A stretch of 64,000 nucleotides of DNA, from positions 70,742,001-70,806,000 of the forward strand of contig OX597815.1 of the NCBI GenBank assembly GCA_951406725.2. The letters are read 5' to 3'. Positions 36,314 through 49,459 of this stretch are shown in pieces. Position 1 is the first letter of the stretch; each line of letters begins with the position of its first letter. This DNA comes from Octopus vulgaris (Eukaryota). The notes beneath the pieces were generated by a model, which was not told where the DNA came from, ran no database searches, and saw nothing but the letters and a program-made list of their open reading frames with translations. A program made the position numbers and the translations under genes.

Positions 36314-37852
36314 CGAAGGTTGTGCCGAAACTATTGCACATATAGGCAAAATGTTTTTATTAACTGGCATAGGTTTTTCAAATTGGACATGTTGCAGAAT
36401 AATTCTTCGTCTATACAAAGATACTACTTAACGTAGTCTACATCACAAGCGTTGCTCTTGCGTCATCATTGCACCCAAGCTCCTGAATACTCTTTGAAAG
36501 AATTCAAGGGCGTACTGTTGTACCTATTTCTTCACAATGATTTCCATCTCGTTTGTGTCATCAATTCGCTGTCCCCGAAGACTATCCGTCGTTGGGTCGA
36601 AGAGGTGGAAGTTGGAGGGCGCCAGGTCCGGGCTGTTCGGTGGATGGAAGACTGCCCAATTTTCTGGTTGCGTGATTTGTTGCCAAAGATATATGCTGCA
36701 ACGGTGAATGTAGTTCGTTTTCAGACTCATGTTTAGTCTCATTCTCTTGATGGCTTCCCTAAACTTTTAGAGAGTCTCAAGGTACCGCTCGCAGTTAACA
36801 GTGCAACCATATTGCAGAAAACAAAGGAGAACGACGCCAATTTTTTCTTAAGAAACTGTCATTATGACTTTCACTGCCAATCGCTTTCTCTAGAACTCCT
36901 GAGAAGGTGAAAAAGATGTGACGCATTCCACGGTCAGAAAGTTCATTTACGGATCATATAGATACGTCAACGATTCATTCATTGTCACCAGATCAGGGAA
37001 AAGTGTCTTTAGTTTAAGCTATATCACCAGTTAATATGCTGTGTTTCTAAAAACCCGCTATTTCTTTTGATAAGCTCTCTTCCCTTGCCCAAGGCTTTAT
37101 GCGCATTGCTGTTTTCATTTCTGCGTACGTGAAAACCTGATTCGAAGCATCTCCCCCCACCCATATTCACGGATGAAATGCCTTTAATCACCCAGGTTAG
37201 AGTCAAATGGTTAAACAAGGTATCACGAGCTTGAGCGAGAAGAGCGGCTCATCTCATCAGGCCATTGTCAAATACATCTTGAAGAATTTCAAACTGCCGG
37301 CTAATGAGAAAGCTGTCACTATCCAAACTAAGAAGGCTTTGAGAAGAGGTGTTGCTACTGGATTGTTGAAACGCTGCCAACAGATCAGAGTAGATTTTCA
37401 TTCCTTTTTTCTTGAAATCGGGTGTCAGCTGCCGAAAAAAGCCATTTACACAGACTTTCAGATACCCAAAGTCTTCCATCATCTCCTGTTATGCATTCTT
37501 ATCATAGTATTGCGCAACAAGCTCGCTGATTTGTTTCAGCGGCCACAGTTGATGGTCTCCCACTGTGGTTTCTCTTCAATGCTGTTTCCCCTTCTTTAAA
37601 CTTCCTAATCCAGCTGTGCATACTGCTAGTGTCAATGGTGTCATCTAAATAATCTGCAGTCATCTGTGGATGTAAGACACCCTACACACCTCGCTCTTCA
37701 AACACTCAATGATTGCACGCTGCCTTTGTTTAGAACGTATTATTCACTTGTAATGAAGAACGTTCATGCACACACACACACACACACATGGTCAGTAGAA
37801 GGTTAGCTTTTTGTACCATTATCCAAGGCAAACAGTTTGGCAAGACTTGACA
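36314..37852 (-). mobile_element. degenerate mariner transposon containing an H1 insert
   Basis: Minus-strand pieces RQRAIIECL, SWIRKFKEG, FGYLKVCV..RQLTPDFK (WVPRxLT region) and HPPNSPDLAPSNFHLF. TA-CGAAGGTTGTGCCGAAACTATTGC end with a decayed counterpart at ~37828-37852. Confidence 0.8.
37186..37372 (+). pseudogene. H1: isolated histone H1 winged-helix fragment from a different H1 paralog
   Basis: NHPG*SQMVKQGITSLSEKSGSSHQAIVKYILKNFKLPANEKAVTIQTKKALRRGVATGLLK. Ungapped against the 26725 gene, 19/56 identical from Met. The Tyr of HPxY is now TAG. Confidence 0.85.
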
Positions 37853-38599
37853 GGACATTTAATTTAGCTATATAATAAAAGGTTTAGAAAATACTTTTCA
37901 GTATTTATGCAATTGTTGATAAATAAAACTGAAATGTTAGAGGTGCGGTAGTATAGGATGAGCTTAGTTTCAATGTGGTTGGACTACAAGAAAGTTTTTG
38001 CCTCTGTCTCCACTCATGGATATAGAAGCTTTTCGACTTGCTAAAGTTTCAGTGAGCATAGCCAAAGCTATAGCTGACCTGACTTCATCATGGGCCACCA
38101 CCTTGAAATTAAATACAAGGTGTGATTGTATTATCTCTGAGAAAACAGTATCGCAGAGGTATATTCCAAAGGGACAGCTTCTCTGTGATGTTGTTTATAC
38201 TTTCTGTAAAGTCTGAAGAATATCTCATTGGTTCACAAGGAAACAGAAATACTAAAATTACACAGTTTCTTTGTGGACGACTGGAAACTGCATGCCAAGA
38301 ATATACATGCGATGAAAAAGATCCTTGACCTAGTTACAACATTCTCAAAAGATATAGGGTTGGATAATTGGTTAGGATAAATGCTGCTATATGGTTGTGA
38401 AAAGAGGGAAAACTATGAACCTGACAAGCAGCATCTCCATCAATGACTGTTTCTAATGAGGAATGTTACAGGTTCCAAGGAAGAGATGAAAACATATCTT
38501 ACTATGGTACCTGTAACAAGGCACGTTCCAATAAATAATATTACATCCGGATAAAGAAAATATGGACCTCTAAATTCTCTGCATTCAATAAAACAGTGT

Positions 38600-38850
38600 C
38601 AATAGCCAGCTGGAGAAGATGTTCTCCTGGGGCTACAAGCTACAGTAGCATCCACCCTTAGTGGTTAGCCATATTTAAGTGGCAAATATACTTCACATAC
38701 TTTAGGTTACTGTTTAGTTTACTTTGCGTTGATCTACGAGAGTAAATTTTCTTAAGGAATGATGTGAATTTAGTGTTGGTTTCTTGTAAAAATGCAATTG
38801 CCTTCGTTTCGTCGCTGATCACATAAAAATCTTTAATCAACATCTTACGG
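38600..38850 (-). mobile_element. DNA transposon remnant: CCAGCTGG-family arm next to a possible Merlin/ISXO2-like transposase start
   Basis: 38605-38695 matches the 28820-28900 arm. Minus-strand MLIKDFYVISDETKAIAFLQE resembles ISXO2-like N-termini (weak). Confidence 0.35.
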
Positions 38851-39553
38851 GTTTTTAGAAATTGAAAGGTAAAAGGTAACCTAAAATTATCTCCCTTGTA
38901 GATCACAAGCCAAGCAGCACTCCTTTTTTCTTCTTTCTCTGTTTCCCTTCAACTAATCGCTTGAAAGCGTTACAGTTAAATTTTCCTTTACTTCACATCA
39001 TGGACGCGTCTGTCTCCTCCTCTTTTTCACCCTCCCTATTTTTCTCTCCTTTTCTTTCTCCCTCTTTTTACTTAAACACGTATGTGTGTGTTTGTGCGCG
39101 CGTATCTGTATGCATGCACATAGATACACACTCATTTATTACACTGCGTTCTATTTTCTCAAACAGTTAACTTATTTGTTGTTTTGGTGATGGGGAAGTT
39201 CTGCAGGATTCGGCCTGATGTAATAACAACATCAACTAAAACATAAAAGTTTAAGTTTCACTTTCACTTAATTTCTTACGCACAATCATCATCCATCCAC
39301 AAACCAGATACTTTATATCAGATATGCACAGATCCTATAAACGAATACCTCGGAAACATCCTTTCATGAGATCAGGACAGTTTAGACCATTTTACAGTCA
39401 CTACATATCTCTGGTATTATTTTGTTCCTACGTTTCATGAAATTACATTGAATAAAAAAATCAAAAAAATCCAGTTCAATATCTTTTGTCTCCCTTGAAC
39501 AGTTGTTGATATTTTCTTCGAGTTATTTCCCTTACAAAAAGTTATATTTTTAA

Positions 39554-39631
<78 letters not shown>

Positions 39632-40392
39632 GTGCGTGCAGAACGATTTCGTCGGTCAGAGCGACGAAACCGTTCTGCACGCACTCGTGCAGTGTCCAAC
39701 AATTTTCGACCTGTGGGATTATGTCGAACGTGTGGGACGAGTCGGTTTATCAGCCGAGTCTATCGTCAATACTGTCACGCCTCCTTCCTTCAAACGTGAA
39801 GGAAGAGCTATTTTCATCATCCTTGTAGCTATGGCGAAAGAATGTATCTGGTGGACGCGTCTGAAAGGATTGGAGGCAAACACTTTCCTCTCTGGTCAAT
39901 CTCTCATCAACTTCTTCAAGTATCACTTGGAAAGGAAAGTAAGAGTAGAGAGGCAAGTTTTGTCTAGCGAATGTTTTAAAAAAGATGGGTGAATGTAGCA
40001 AGGATGACACGTATGAATGACGAAGCCACCTTGAGCATAATCCTATGAACCCGGAAATTTAAAACAGAGGGTTACCTACTTGCAAATAAATGTGGTAACA
40101 TGTAAACAATATTGACCGAGGTTACCGTGGTCTTTTCCGTAGGCTTTTCTTCTTCCCACGGATAAACCTTATCTGCTTCCCCCTTTAAACCTTACATCAT
40201 GACACTGCGATACATGATCCCTATTGATCGTTTTTTCTTTGTTTTTGTTTTTCTTTTTTCTTTTCTTTTGTTTCTTTTGTTTCTTTTTCTTTTTTCTTTT
40301 CTTCTTCCCCTTTTACGATTCCTTTTGATCGAAAACCTTTTTTTTGTAATCTGTCCCGTCTGTGTGCAGCCCTGTGTGGCTAATAAAGAAAC
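39632..40392 (+). mobile_element. 5'-truncated Tx1/L1-type LINE 3' end embedded in a (TATC)n tract
   Basis: DETVLHALVQCP...LW...AKECIWWTR (C-terminal zinc-knuckle region), pyrimidine-rich 3'UTR, AATAAA at 40382, (TATC)n on both sides. Confidence 0.8.
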
Positions 40393-40393
40393 A

Positions 40394-40475
<82 letters not shown>

Positions 40476-40476
<1 letters not shown>

Positions 40477-40675
40477 TTTCACTTGTTTCAGCCACACTGG
40501 AGCATCACCTCGAAGGGGTTTAGCCGAACAAATCGACGTGTTTATGTTTTTTCTAAACTTTACTGCCTTTTGTATAGGTCTCCTGTCGAAACCGATAAGT
40601 TACGGGGATGTAAACAAACTAGCATCGGTTGTCAAGCAGGTTTGTGAGCGTGTGCGTGCATGACAGACAGAAAGG

Positions 40676-40721
<46 letters not shown>

Positions 40722-40872
40722 TATCTGACAGTCTTCCATAGTTTCCGTCTACCAAATTCACAATGCATTTTTTGGCGAGAGCCCATAGTGAAAGACATGG
40801 GTTCACGCAATCAAACTGAATCCGAAACTCGTGGCTGCAAAGCGAGCTACTTAACCAAATATCCATGCCTGT
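40476..40872 (-). mobile_element. OR-like SINE with internal (CA)n
   Basis: Reverse complement of the 60464-60922 copy, decayed. Confidence 0.7.
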
Positions 40873-40953
40873 GTCGATAAAGCGTACATGCACTGGTGCG
40901 TGCATGCGCGTACACACACACAGTACGTAGTACATACATACATACATGCATAC

Positions 40954-41065
<112 letters not shown>

Positions 41066-41368
41066 ATTTATCATACACTGAAATTATTATTACACGATGA
41101 AGTTTACGAAACGGCCGCACCCCTAACAATGACAAGTGGTTAAATAAGTGGTCTCATATGTTGAACCGTTAATCTTTCCACCTCTTTTTTTTCACTCCGT
41201 TTATTTCTTTTCATTCTTTCTCCGTTTTTTTTTTTACCTCTTAATACTTTCTGTTGAAGAGAGTTAGCTCGAAACGTAAAAGTCTTTTCCATTCTTCCCG
41301 AGCGTTATACTAATACACCTGCTTGTTGTTCTTACACCAGTCTTCGTCTTTTGTTTTCTGTAAATTTA

Positions 41369-41407
<39 letters not shown>

Positions 41408-42111
41408 CTAGCAGTATAGCCCGGATTTGCTCGGATCATCAAGTTCCTTTTTTCAAAGCAAACTAAGTAACGTCGACGTCGTTGAAATTAGTAAACTTTT
41501 GGCTGAAATTTTGCAGACAATTTGATTGGGAAATCCCATAAGGAATCGTTTTATCGATTTATTCCACTCATCGATTGTTTTTTTTTTTTTCGTTTTTGGA
41601 GAACTGAAAACATTCAAAGATCCCATGACTCCTAGGGTAATGCTGGCATCACCTCCTACCCGAGTAATACCATCAATTGAAGCAAATTTGGCACCCGGAC
41701 GTAAGTTCTGTAAGAGGAATAGAGAAGCCTACCTTCTCCCGCAGAGATGTGAGAGTCAGCTCTCTCCTTTTCAAAACATCGACAGTTTCGAAACATTGTT
41801 TACAAAATGCAAATTTGGCACCCGGACGTAAGTTTTGTTAGTAGAATAGAGAGTCCTACCTTCTCCCACAGAGATGTGAGAGTCAGATCTTTCCTTTAGA
41901 AAACATGAACAGTTTCGAAACGTTGTTTACAAAATAATAGCCGATCGTTTGCGAAGGAGCGTGTCTACAGTCAACATGTAGGTCTTTTGCTCTGGTAGCC
42001 TCTGCTTTCTCCCATGTTCACGCACGACCAGCTATATATCGCTGAGTAGAGCAACGGATTCAGCTAATTTGGAAATTAGTTGTGGAGAAACGGAGAATAT
42101 CGTTTATATTG

Positions 42112-42143
<32 letters not shown>

Positions 42144-42375
42144 CGGGTAACACACACACATTGCATACATGTGTTTTGTACGCATACATGCTTGTGTGAC
42201 TGAGGCTATTCACACATACATACATACACATACATACATACACATACATACATACATACATACATACATACATACATACATACATACATACATACATACA
42301 TACATACATGCATAACAATACCTGTCTGTCTGTTTTTGCCTGTCAATCACTAAAAAGACGAAATTTTAAAAATCT

Positions 42376-42413
<38 letters not shown>

Positions 42414-42644
42414 CCTCTCTTTACACCGTCACTAGAAGGGGACTTAACTCATGTTTGTAAACAATGGTGGATTTCTCCGCCGTGAAAATTGTTAACTTAT
42501 TGTCGAAAATTTACTTTTACCGCTATTCTCTGGTGCCTCGGGGGAAAATAATTTGACGAAAATGCAGCTAGGAAAGTGACGAATGTCCTCCTAAAATTGG
42601 AGTGACATGCGTGCTAATTTGTGGACGTACATAAATTACATTCG

Positions 42645-42677
<33 letters not shown>

Positions 42678-42682
42678 CCTGC

Positions 42683-42700
<18 letters not shown>
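41408..42700 (-). mobile_element. non-autonomous Helitron with an internal 123-bp tandem duplication
   Basis: ACTAGCAGTATAGCCCGGATTTGCTCGG at the left end (3' CTAG plus hairpin on minus). GCCTTTTATATATA at the right end. 41681-41803 is repeated at 41809-41932. Confidence 0.7.
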
Positions 42701-42743
<43 letters not shown>

Positions 42744-42746
42744 ATA

Positions 42747-43894
42747 TCTATATAAACGGCAGTTTGTCTGTCTGTGTGTCTGTCAGGTTGCACCCTCACC
42801 CTGATCACGGCTGTCAACCGATTCTGATGAAACTTGACACACACATAGCCCAATGTCATAATTCAAAACTAATGCAGCGAAAATTTTGGAAAGTTCCTCC
42901 AGTTCTGAAAAAATCGATAAATTCGACATGGGGTCGAGAATCTAAGCTTTTTATATGCAACACATTTTCTGTTGTAGTTTTCGCAACTTGCAATCGATTT
43001 TCACCAAACTCATGGTGAAGCTTAATGTTACCCTAAGAAACTTAATTCTGACGTTAGATTTCCATGCAATACCTTACCATCAGAAATAATCGATAAAATC
43101 ATGCCATTTTGGGAAATCGCGTTCAAATTCAAGATGACATATTTTCAACAATATCTTTCACAAATTGGCAGGAGTTTTTTAAAAAATTCACAGCGAGCAT
43201 CATGTCTGCTCCAAGGAGCTATATGGCCCATTTTATTCCAATAGGATACTTTATTACTGGAAAAAATCGGTTGATTAAATCATATGTGGCACACATAGCA
43301 AACCGATTTGTGTATTAAACACAAACCACAGACTGTCTAGGGGACGCAACTCGACCTTTTTAACTCTCGGAACACGTGGGGTAAGTATCTCAAAATGTAT
43401 AAAAATGTACAAAAACGGCAAAAAAGCGGGCAGCAATGTGAGTGACAACAACGAAAAAGTCAAAAGCGACCAAACTGAACAAACGAATGGAAAAGGTTTT
43501 TTGGTGCACACGACAAAAGCGGTTTATAATAAACCAAGAGTTTGCAAGTAGCGTCCGAGGACCCTTAGGGTACGTCAAAAATTTAAGGTAAAACGTTTGG
43601 GGTGGTAGTTATAAAGAAAGTTTAAACAAAAAAGTATTCGAATAACTTGCGGCTGCAGCAGCTATTAGCAGAAGTGGCGGTGTTGGGAGTAAAGTCTCGA
43701 ATGTAATTTCTTCCTGGTAGGAATTGGTTGGGTTGAATTATCGATAGCTGTTTGATAGTTATTTGGAAGTGAAGAGAAGACATTGCAACCTACACATGCG
43801 CCTTCGTTCCCTAGAGGGAAAGGACTAGATTGGGATTAGTCGTTGCCTACTAGGGGCTCTTACATACTCGGGCAACGCCGGGCTATGCTGCTAG
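42747..43894 (+). mobile_element. non-autonomous Helitron
   Basis: 5' TCTATATAAACGGCAGTTTGTCTGTC, 3' CTCGGGCAACGCCGGGCTATGCTGCTAG followed by T. Confidence 0.8.
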
Positions 43895-44317
43895 TATATA
43901 TATAAAAGTAAATATGCACATTTATATTCATGCGTATATGTATATCTATTAATATATAAGTGTGTGTGCAACAAAACAACCATAAACCAAGAAACCAGGA
44001 ACCCTTTTACAAGTTCAACATTATAAGAATGAAGGCCAACAACGAGATCACATGATATAAAAACTTAACAGCTTTCAAACATCTATACACATCATCAGCT
44101 ACCTAACAGATATCATTATGGTTTCGACACCTTGGTAGTACCATTCAGTTTCAATACGGTTGTGTTAAGAACGTGAAAAACATAAACGCTGTCCGGGAAT
44201 TAATAGACAAGAAGCAGGACAGAAACATTAACGTATTGGTGTCCTTTACGTCTACACTTGCTTAGTGTTATAAATTCAAAACATCAAATGTGAAACATAT
44301 AAAAAATTTGTTTACCA

Positions 44318-44375
<58 letters not shown>

Positions 44376-44380
<5 letters not shown>

Positions 44381-45619
44381 CATTAAGAATGAAATGTTCA
44401 ATTTTCTTATGTAATAAGTTTGACAATCGTTAACTCTAATGTTTTATCCTGACAATTCTTTGTTTTACAACATTGAAGAGTTACCTCATCACTTTTCGAA
44501 ATGCAATTCATGGTGTCTGATTATATTGTGAGTTTTGTCTTGTAACAATTCTTGTGAACTCATGGATAAATAAAAAATTCGTGTTGTTTATGAATATGAG
44601 TTCCGTTGTGGAACCAGTACATCCCAAATAGCTCGAAACATCAATGAGGTGTTTGGTGAAGATGTGGCGAATGAGCATGCTGTATGTTGGTGGTTTGAGA
44701 AGTTCCTATCTGGTGACTTTTTCTCTTGGAAATCAGCCCCATGGTAGACCTGAGACCAAGGTGGATAATGGTGAGTGGAAGCAGATACATCTCAAATTAC
44801 GCATGAGTTAGCATCAAGGTTTGCTGTTTCGATTCCAACTGTATTGGACCATCGGAAACAAAACGGCAAGGTAAAGAAGCTGGACAAGTGGGTACCACAC
44901 GAACTGAATGTGCATCAAATGGCAAGTCGTCTTCAAATTGCTGCTCTTTGCTGTCACAGCATAAAAGCGAAACATTTTTGCATCGTATTGTTATGTGTGA
45001 AGAAAAATAGATTCTTTTCAACAAAAGCAAGCGTTCTGCATGGTGGTTGGATAGAGACGAAGTGTCAAAGCACAATCCAAAAAATATTCACCAAAAATAT
45101 CTAATGGTGTCTGTTTGGTGGTCCAGTTCTGGTGTCATCCACTACAGCTTCATGATACCTGGTAAGTCAATTACAGCGGATGTATACATCCACCAATTGG
45201 ATGAAATGATAAGTGAACTTATAATTAAACAACCGAGATTGGTCAATGGAGACAGGCCAATTCTTTTGCAAGACAATGCTCGACCACATGCTGCACAAAG
45301 AACGCTACTCAAGTTACAGGAATTGAACTTGGAAGTACTGTCATCTACCATATTCACCAGACCGTGCATCAACTGACTACCACGTTTTCCAGGCATTAGA
45401 CAACTTTTTGCAAGGAAAAAACTTCAAATCTGAAGAAGATGCAAAGACAGCTTTCGTGATTTCATCATCTCTTGCTCTCCAGAATTCTTCGCTGCCGATG
45501 AAATGGCAAAATTGTAATGATAATTTAGGTACATTCTTCGATTAACTACATTGATTTTTATTGAGATAAAGTAAAATAATTTTCAGTTCAAAACCGGACA
45601 TTTCATTCTTAGTGACCTG
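44376..45619 (+). mobile_element. full-length but inactivated mariner (Hsmar1/SETMAR-like) inserted in (TA)n
   Basis: TIRs AGGTCATTAAGAATGAAATGT / ACATTTCATTCTTAGTGACCTG. Broken ORF 44562-45545 with WFEKF.SGDF, KLDKWVPHEL, LMVSVWW and LLQDNARPH, and a stop at codon 4. Confidence 0.92.
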
Positions 45620-45696
<77 letters not shown>

Positions 45697-46114
45697 GGGA
45701 AGCTTTATGAAAATAAACAAAAGACGAAGGCAGGTGGATTGTATTAGTATGGCGCTCAGAAATATAAATAAAACAAGTCTTTAACGTTTCGATACGCTCT
45801 TCAACAGAAAGATACACAGAGAGAAAAACACAGAAAGAAGGAGAGAAAAAATGCGTGCAGTAGCTAACGAATCAACATGAATCTTTATCGTTTACCTGTG
45901 TCAATCACTGGACTGCTGCTATATTGGGGCATCGCATTGAAAGTATCTTTTTTCAGTCGAAAGAAATGACCTTAGTACTTATTTTTAAGCATGGTAATTA
46001 CTTTATCGATCTCCTTTGCAGAACCGCCATGTCATGAGGACGTCAACAAATTAACATCGGAAATAACTATTTTTAAAGCTCACAACGTGAGATATTCAGC
46101 GACAGTACTTTGTA

Positions 46115-46397
46115 GTAAAGATTGTTTGCCAACATAACATGGCAGTCGTGGTTTAGGACGAATGTTGCTGTAATTTAGCCCCAGGAGACAGCATCTCCAG
46201 TTGGCTATACGACACGCTCTGTGTCCTTATATTTTCGAACAAGGGAATCTAGCAACCCCACTCATTCTCTTGTTCGAAAATATTAGGACACAGATCGTGT
46301 CGTACAGCCAGCTGGAGACGATGTCACCTGGGGCTAAATTACTGCAACATTCGTCCTGAACTAGGACTGCCATGCTATGTTGGCAAACAATCTTTAC
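46115..46397. mobile_element. 283-bp foldback MITE (CCAGCTGG core family), TA-flanked
   Basis: ~130-bp inverted arms GTAAAGATTGTTTGCCAACATA.../...TATGTTGGCAAACAATCTTTAC. Confidence 0.85.
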
Positions 46398-46999
46398 TAT
46401 AAATTATATATAGATATATATAATAACATAAACACAAAGGCACACACACACAACACATGTAAGTATATATATATATAAATATAAGAGAGTAACCACTATG
46501 TGGTCGACTCTAGCACTAAAAATAGATCCGCTAGGTTTCAGCCACAAAGAATTGTTTCCGATGAAAGTTAGCACAACTACTAGCGCAAACGAACAGGGCA
46601 AATAAAAATAACAAAAATGCAGATTAGTTCAGGACAATTGTTTCGCTATTAATAAATTATGTAATTTTACTCACATAACATATCTGTAGCTCTTCAGCCG
46701 AACCCGTCCAGAATACAATTTACTCAACCGCACGCTAGATTTTACCATAACGATAAACACACGTGCGGTTCAGTCGATTGCATTCGCTGTTATAATTCAA
46801 GCCCGCCGTGGCTATAGTAGAAGACATTTGACCGAGGTGCTACGCAATGGAACTGAATCCGGAACCACGTGATTGAGAAGCAAACTTCTTAGCACCCAGT
46901 TACACCCGCACACACACACATACACACACACACACACATGTGCCTTCAGAAAAAAGGCTGTTTTGGGAATCTCTGCTAAAATATTCAGCGACAGAGGGC

Positions 47000-47565
47000 A
47001 ATCGTACAATGTACGAACCCTCTTCTCCTGGCCTTATATTGTGCACGACTATCTCTCGTCCCTAGTACGTGCACCGTCTGCCTCCGTTCATACAGTATGC
47101 AGCCCTGTAACACACCCCTTCTACTTCCAGGTTTATTATGTATGCTCTTTCATTCACACCTGCTATACGCACCCCTATTTCTCAATCCTACAATGTGCGA
47201 CCTCTTCTTGTTTCCCTACAGTGTACATCCCATCTCGCAGCGCTATAATGTGTGCTCCCGTTTCCCGACTTCCGACCCTACTATGTGTTTCTTTTCTCCC
47301 AACCCTACAATGTGCACGTACTTCTTTTTAAGCGTGTGTTACGATATACATCCGCTTCTTCCTCTTCTATCAACCCTTCACTGAATGCTCCTCTTCTATC
47401 AACCCTTCACAGTTCACTTCTCTTAGTTCTACAATCTAACCCTTTCTCCCAGCTCTATAACGTGCGTCATCTTCTCTCAGCCCTACAATATATAACTCCA
47501 TCTCCCAACTCGACAATGTCTATTGTCTTTTCTCAGCTCTATAACATGCTACACGTCTTAATTTT
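47000..47565. repeat. degenerate ~30-bp minisatellite
   Basis: Recurrent CTTYTCTC..CCCTACAATGTGC-like unit, roughly 15-18 decayed copies. Confidence 0.65.
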
Positions 47566-48235
47566 TTAATACGTAGAAGAAATATATATATTAGCACGTA
47601 CATCATTGAGTAAATTTTTTATTTGGAAAAGTTTTAAATGCTTCACACTAAACCATGTGACAGGTCATGACATTACATGACATTTATGTCTCCACTGCTC
47701 TACCATTACCCTATCCACTATCCTTCTGAGATCCGGAAGTGACCTCTACTGTCTCCTTTATTATAGAGAATTTGTGTTTTTGGTTAGATTAAAAAATTCA
47801 GGTAGCTCCTTCAGATTTTAGTACCTTTAGCAAATGTATGTACTTGATATGTAGCAGTGTATGAGACGTTTTGGTACAGCCATTTTAGTGACGCTTATTT
47901 GTTGTTGCTGGGTCGATGCTGACTTATTTGACACCATAGGTTTTAATGTTTTGTTTTAATGTTTTTCCTGTTCTAATGCTTTTCTTGTTCTCACGAACCC
48001 CCTCTCTCACACACACATACTTTCTTTCTATGTGTGTATATTTCTGCGCGCCTCTAGCGTCTAAAAGTGTAGCTGCCAAAATAGGGTGACTCTCAGCCGT
48101 GCCAAATCGTCAGCATCCAAACAACTGCGCCAACACGTCTCATTCCATGTGTAGCAACGGCTCTGGTGGTGTATGACAGTTTGACAGTTGGTGCGTAACA
48201 ATCTATTTCAAACGGAACTCTATTTCCGTACAGGC

Positions 48236-48642
48236 ACCCACCACCACCACCACCAATACCACCACAGTAGCAACAGCAACAGCAACAACGCGACAACGGC
48301 GACCAACACCACCAGCACCATCAGCACCATCAGCAACAGTATCCAAAATAGTAACAGAAACAGTAACAAACGCAACAACAGCAATAAGAGTAACAGCAGC
48401 CGCAGCTGCAGCATCTGCAGCCACAGCAGCAGCAGCAGTCGCAGCAGCAGCCGCAGCAGCAGCAGCCACAGCAGCAGCAGCCGCAGCAGCAGCAGTCGTA
48501 GCAGCAATAGCAGCCGTAGCAGCAGCAGCAGCCGTAGCAGCCACAGCAGCAGCAACAGCAGCAACCGTAGCAGCAACCGCAGCAGCAACCGCGGCTACAG
48601 CAGCAGTGGCAGCAGCAGCGATAATAACAATAACAATAACAA
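48236..48642. repeat. compound trinucleotide tract (CAC/CAA/CAG/AAC)
   Basis: Mostly AGC/CAG with CGC/CAC/CGT interruptions. Explains the poly-Ser, poly-Ala and poly-Leu ORFs. Confidence 0.9.
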
Positions 48643-48840
48643 GAGGAGAAATATCAGTAATAACATATCTGCCATTTCACTTCAGCCTAAGTGAATTTGG
48701 TAATTAGAAACCAATAGCTAATTTGAAACCAATAGCTAATTAGCTAATTAACAAAACACAGAGAAGCCTGTTTGTGTTTAACGACCTTTGTTTTGGTAAT
48801 TCTGAAAAATCAACGCCACATCAATACATAGACACAAGTA

Positions 48841-49459
48841 GGTGGCGAGCTGGCAGAATCGTTAGCGCGTCGGACAAAATGCAATAGCAGTACTTCTTTC
48901 GGCCGTACGTTCTGAGCTAAAATGCCACCAAGATCAATTTTTGCCTTTCATCGTTTCAGGTTCGATAAAATAAGGTACCAGTTGTGCATTGGGGTCGACC
49001 TAATCGACTTAGTTACTCACACTAAAAATCGCTGGATTTGCACCAAAATTTGAAGCCATTAATGGCGGTGAGCTGTCAGAATGGTGCATTGGACAAAACG
49101 CATAACTGCATTTCTTCTTGCTCTTTACGTTCTGAGTTCAAATCCTGCCGAGATGAGCTTTACCTTTCGGTTCACCCACTCCCACCAAAATGGCTGGTCT
49201 TGTGGCAAAATTTGAAAGTATTCCATAGACTTCTTTACTACCCACAAGGGGCTAAACACAGAGGGGACAAGCAAGGATAGACAAAGAGAGTAAGTCGATT
49301 ACATCGACCCCAGTGCGTAACTGGTACTTAATTTATCGACCCCGAAAGGATGACAGGCAAAGTGGACCTCGGCGGAATTTGAACTCAGAACGTAACGGCA
49401 GACGAAATACCACTAAGCACTTCGCCCGGCGTGCTAATGGTTCTGCCAGCTCGCCGCCT
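48841..49459. mobile_element. cluster of three OK-like SINEs (48841-49055 +, 49063-49220 +, 49231-49459 -)
   Basis: Heads GGTGGCGAGCTGGCAGAATCGTTAGC and GGCGGTGAGCTGTCAGAAT, plus a full reverse copy like 558-780. Confidence 0.75.

Noticed and set aside
37207-37599. 130-aa ORF as a functional H1 fusion protein
   Set aside because: Only the first ~55 aa are H1 and the rest is antisense mariner. The upstream HPxY Tyr is a stop codon and no promoter is evident.
48188-48694. 168-aa Ser/Asn-rich ORF and antisense poly-Ala/poly-Leu ORFs
   Set aside because: Products of a trinucleotide tract that is stop-free in several frames. Non-ATG start, no unique domain, no convincing splice sites.
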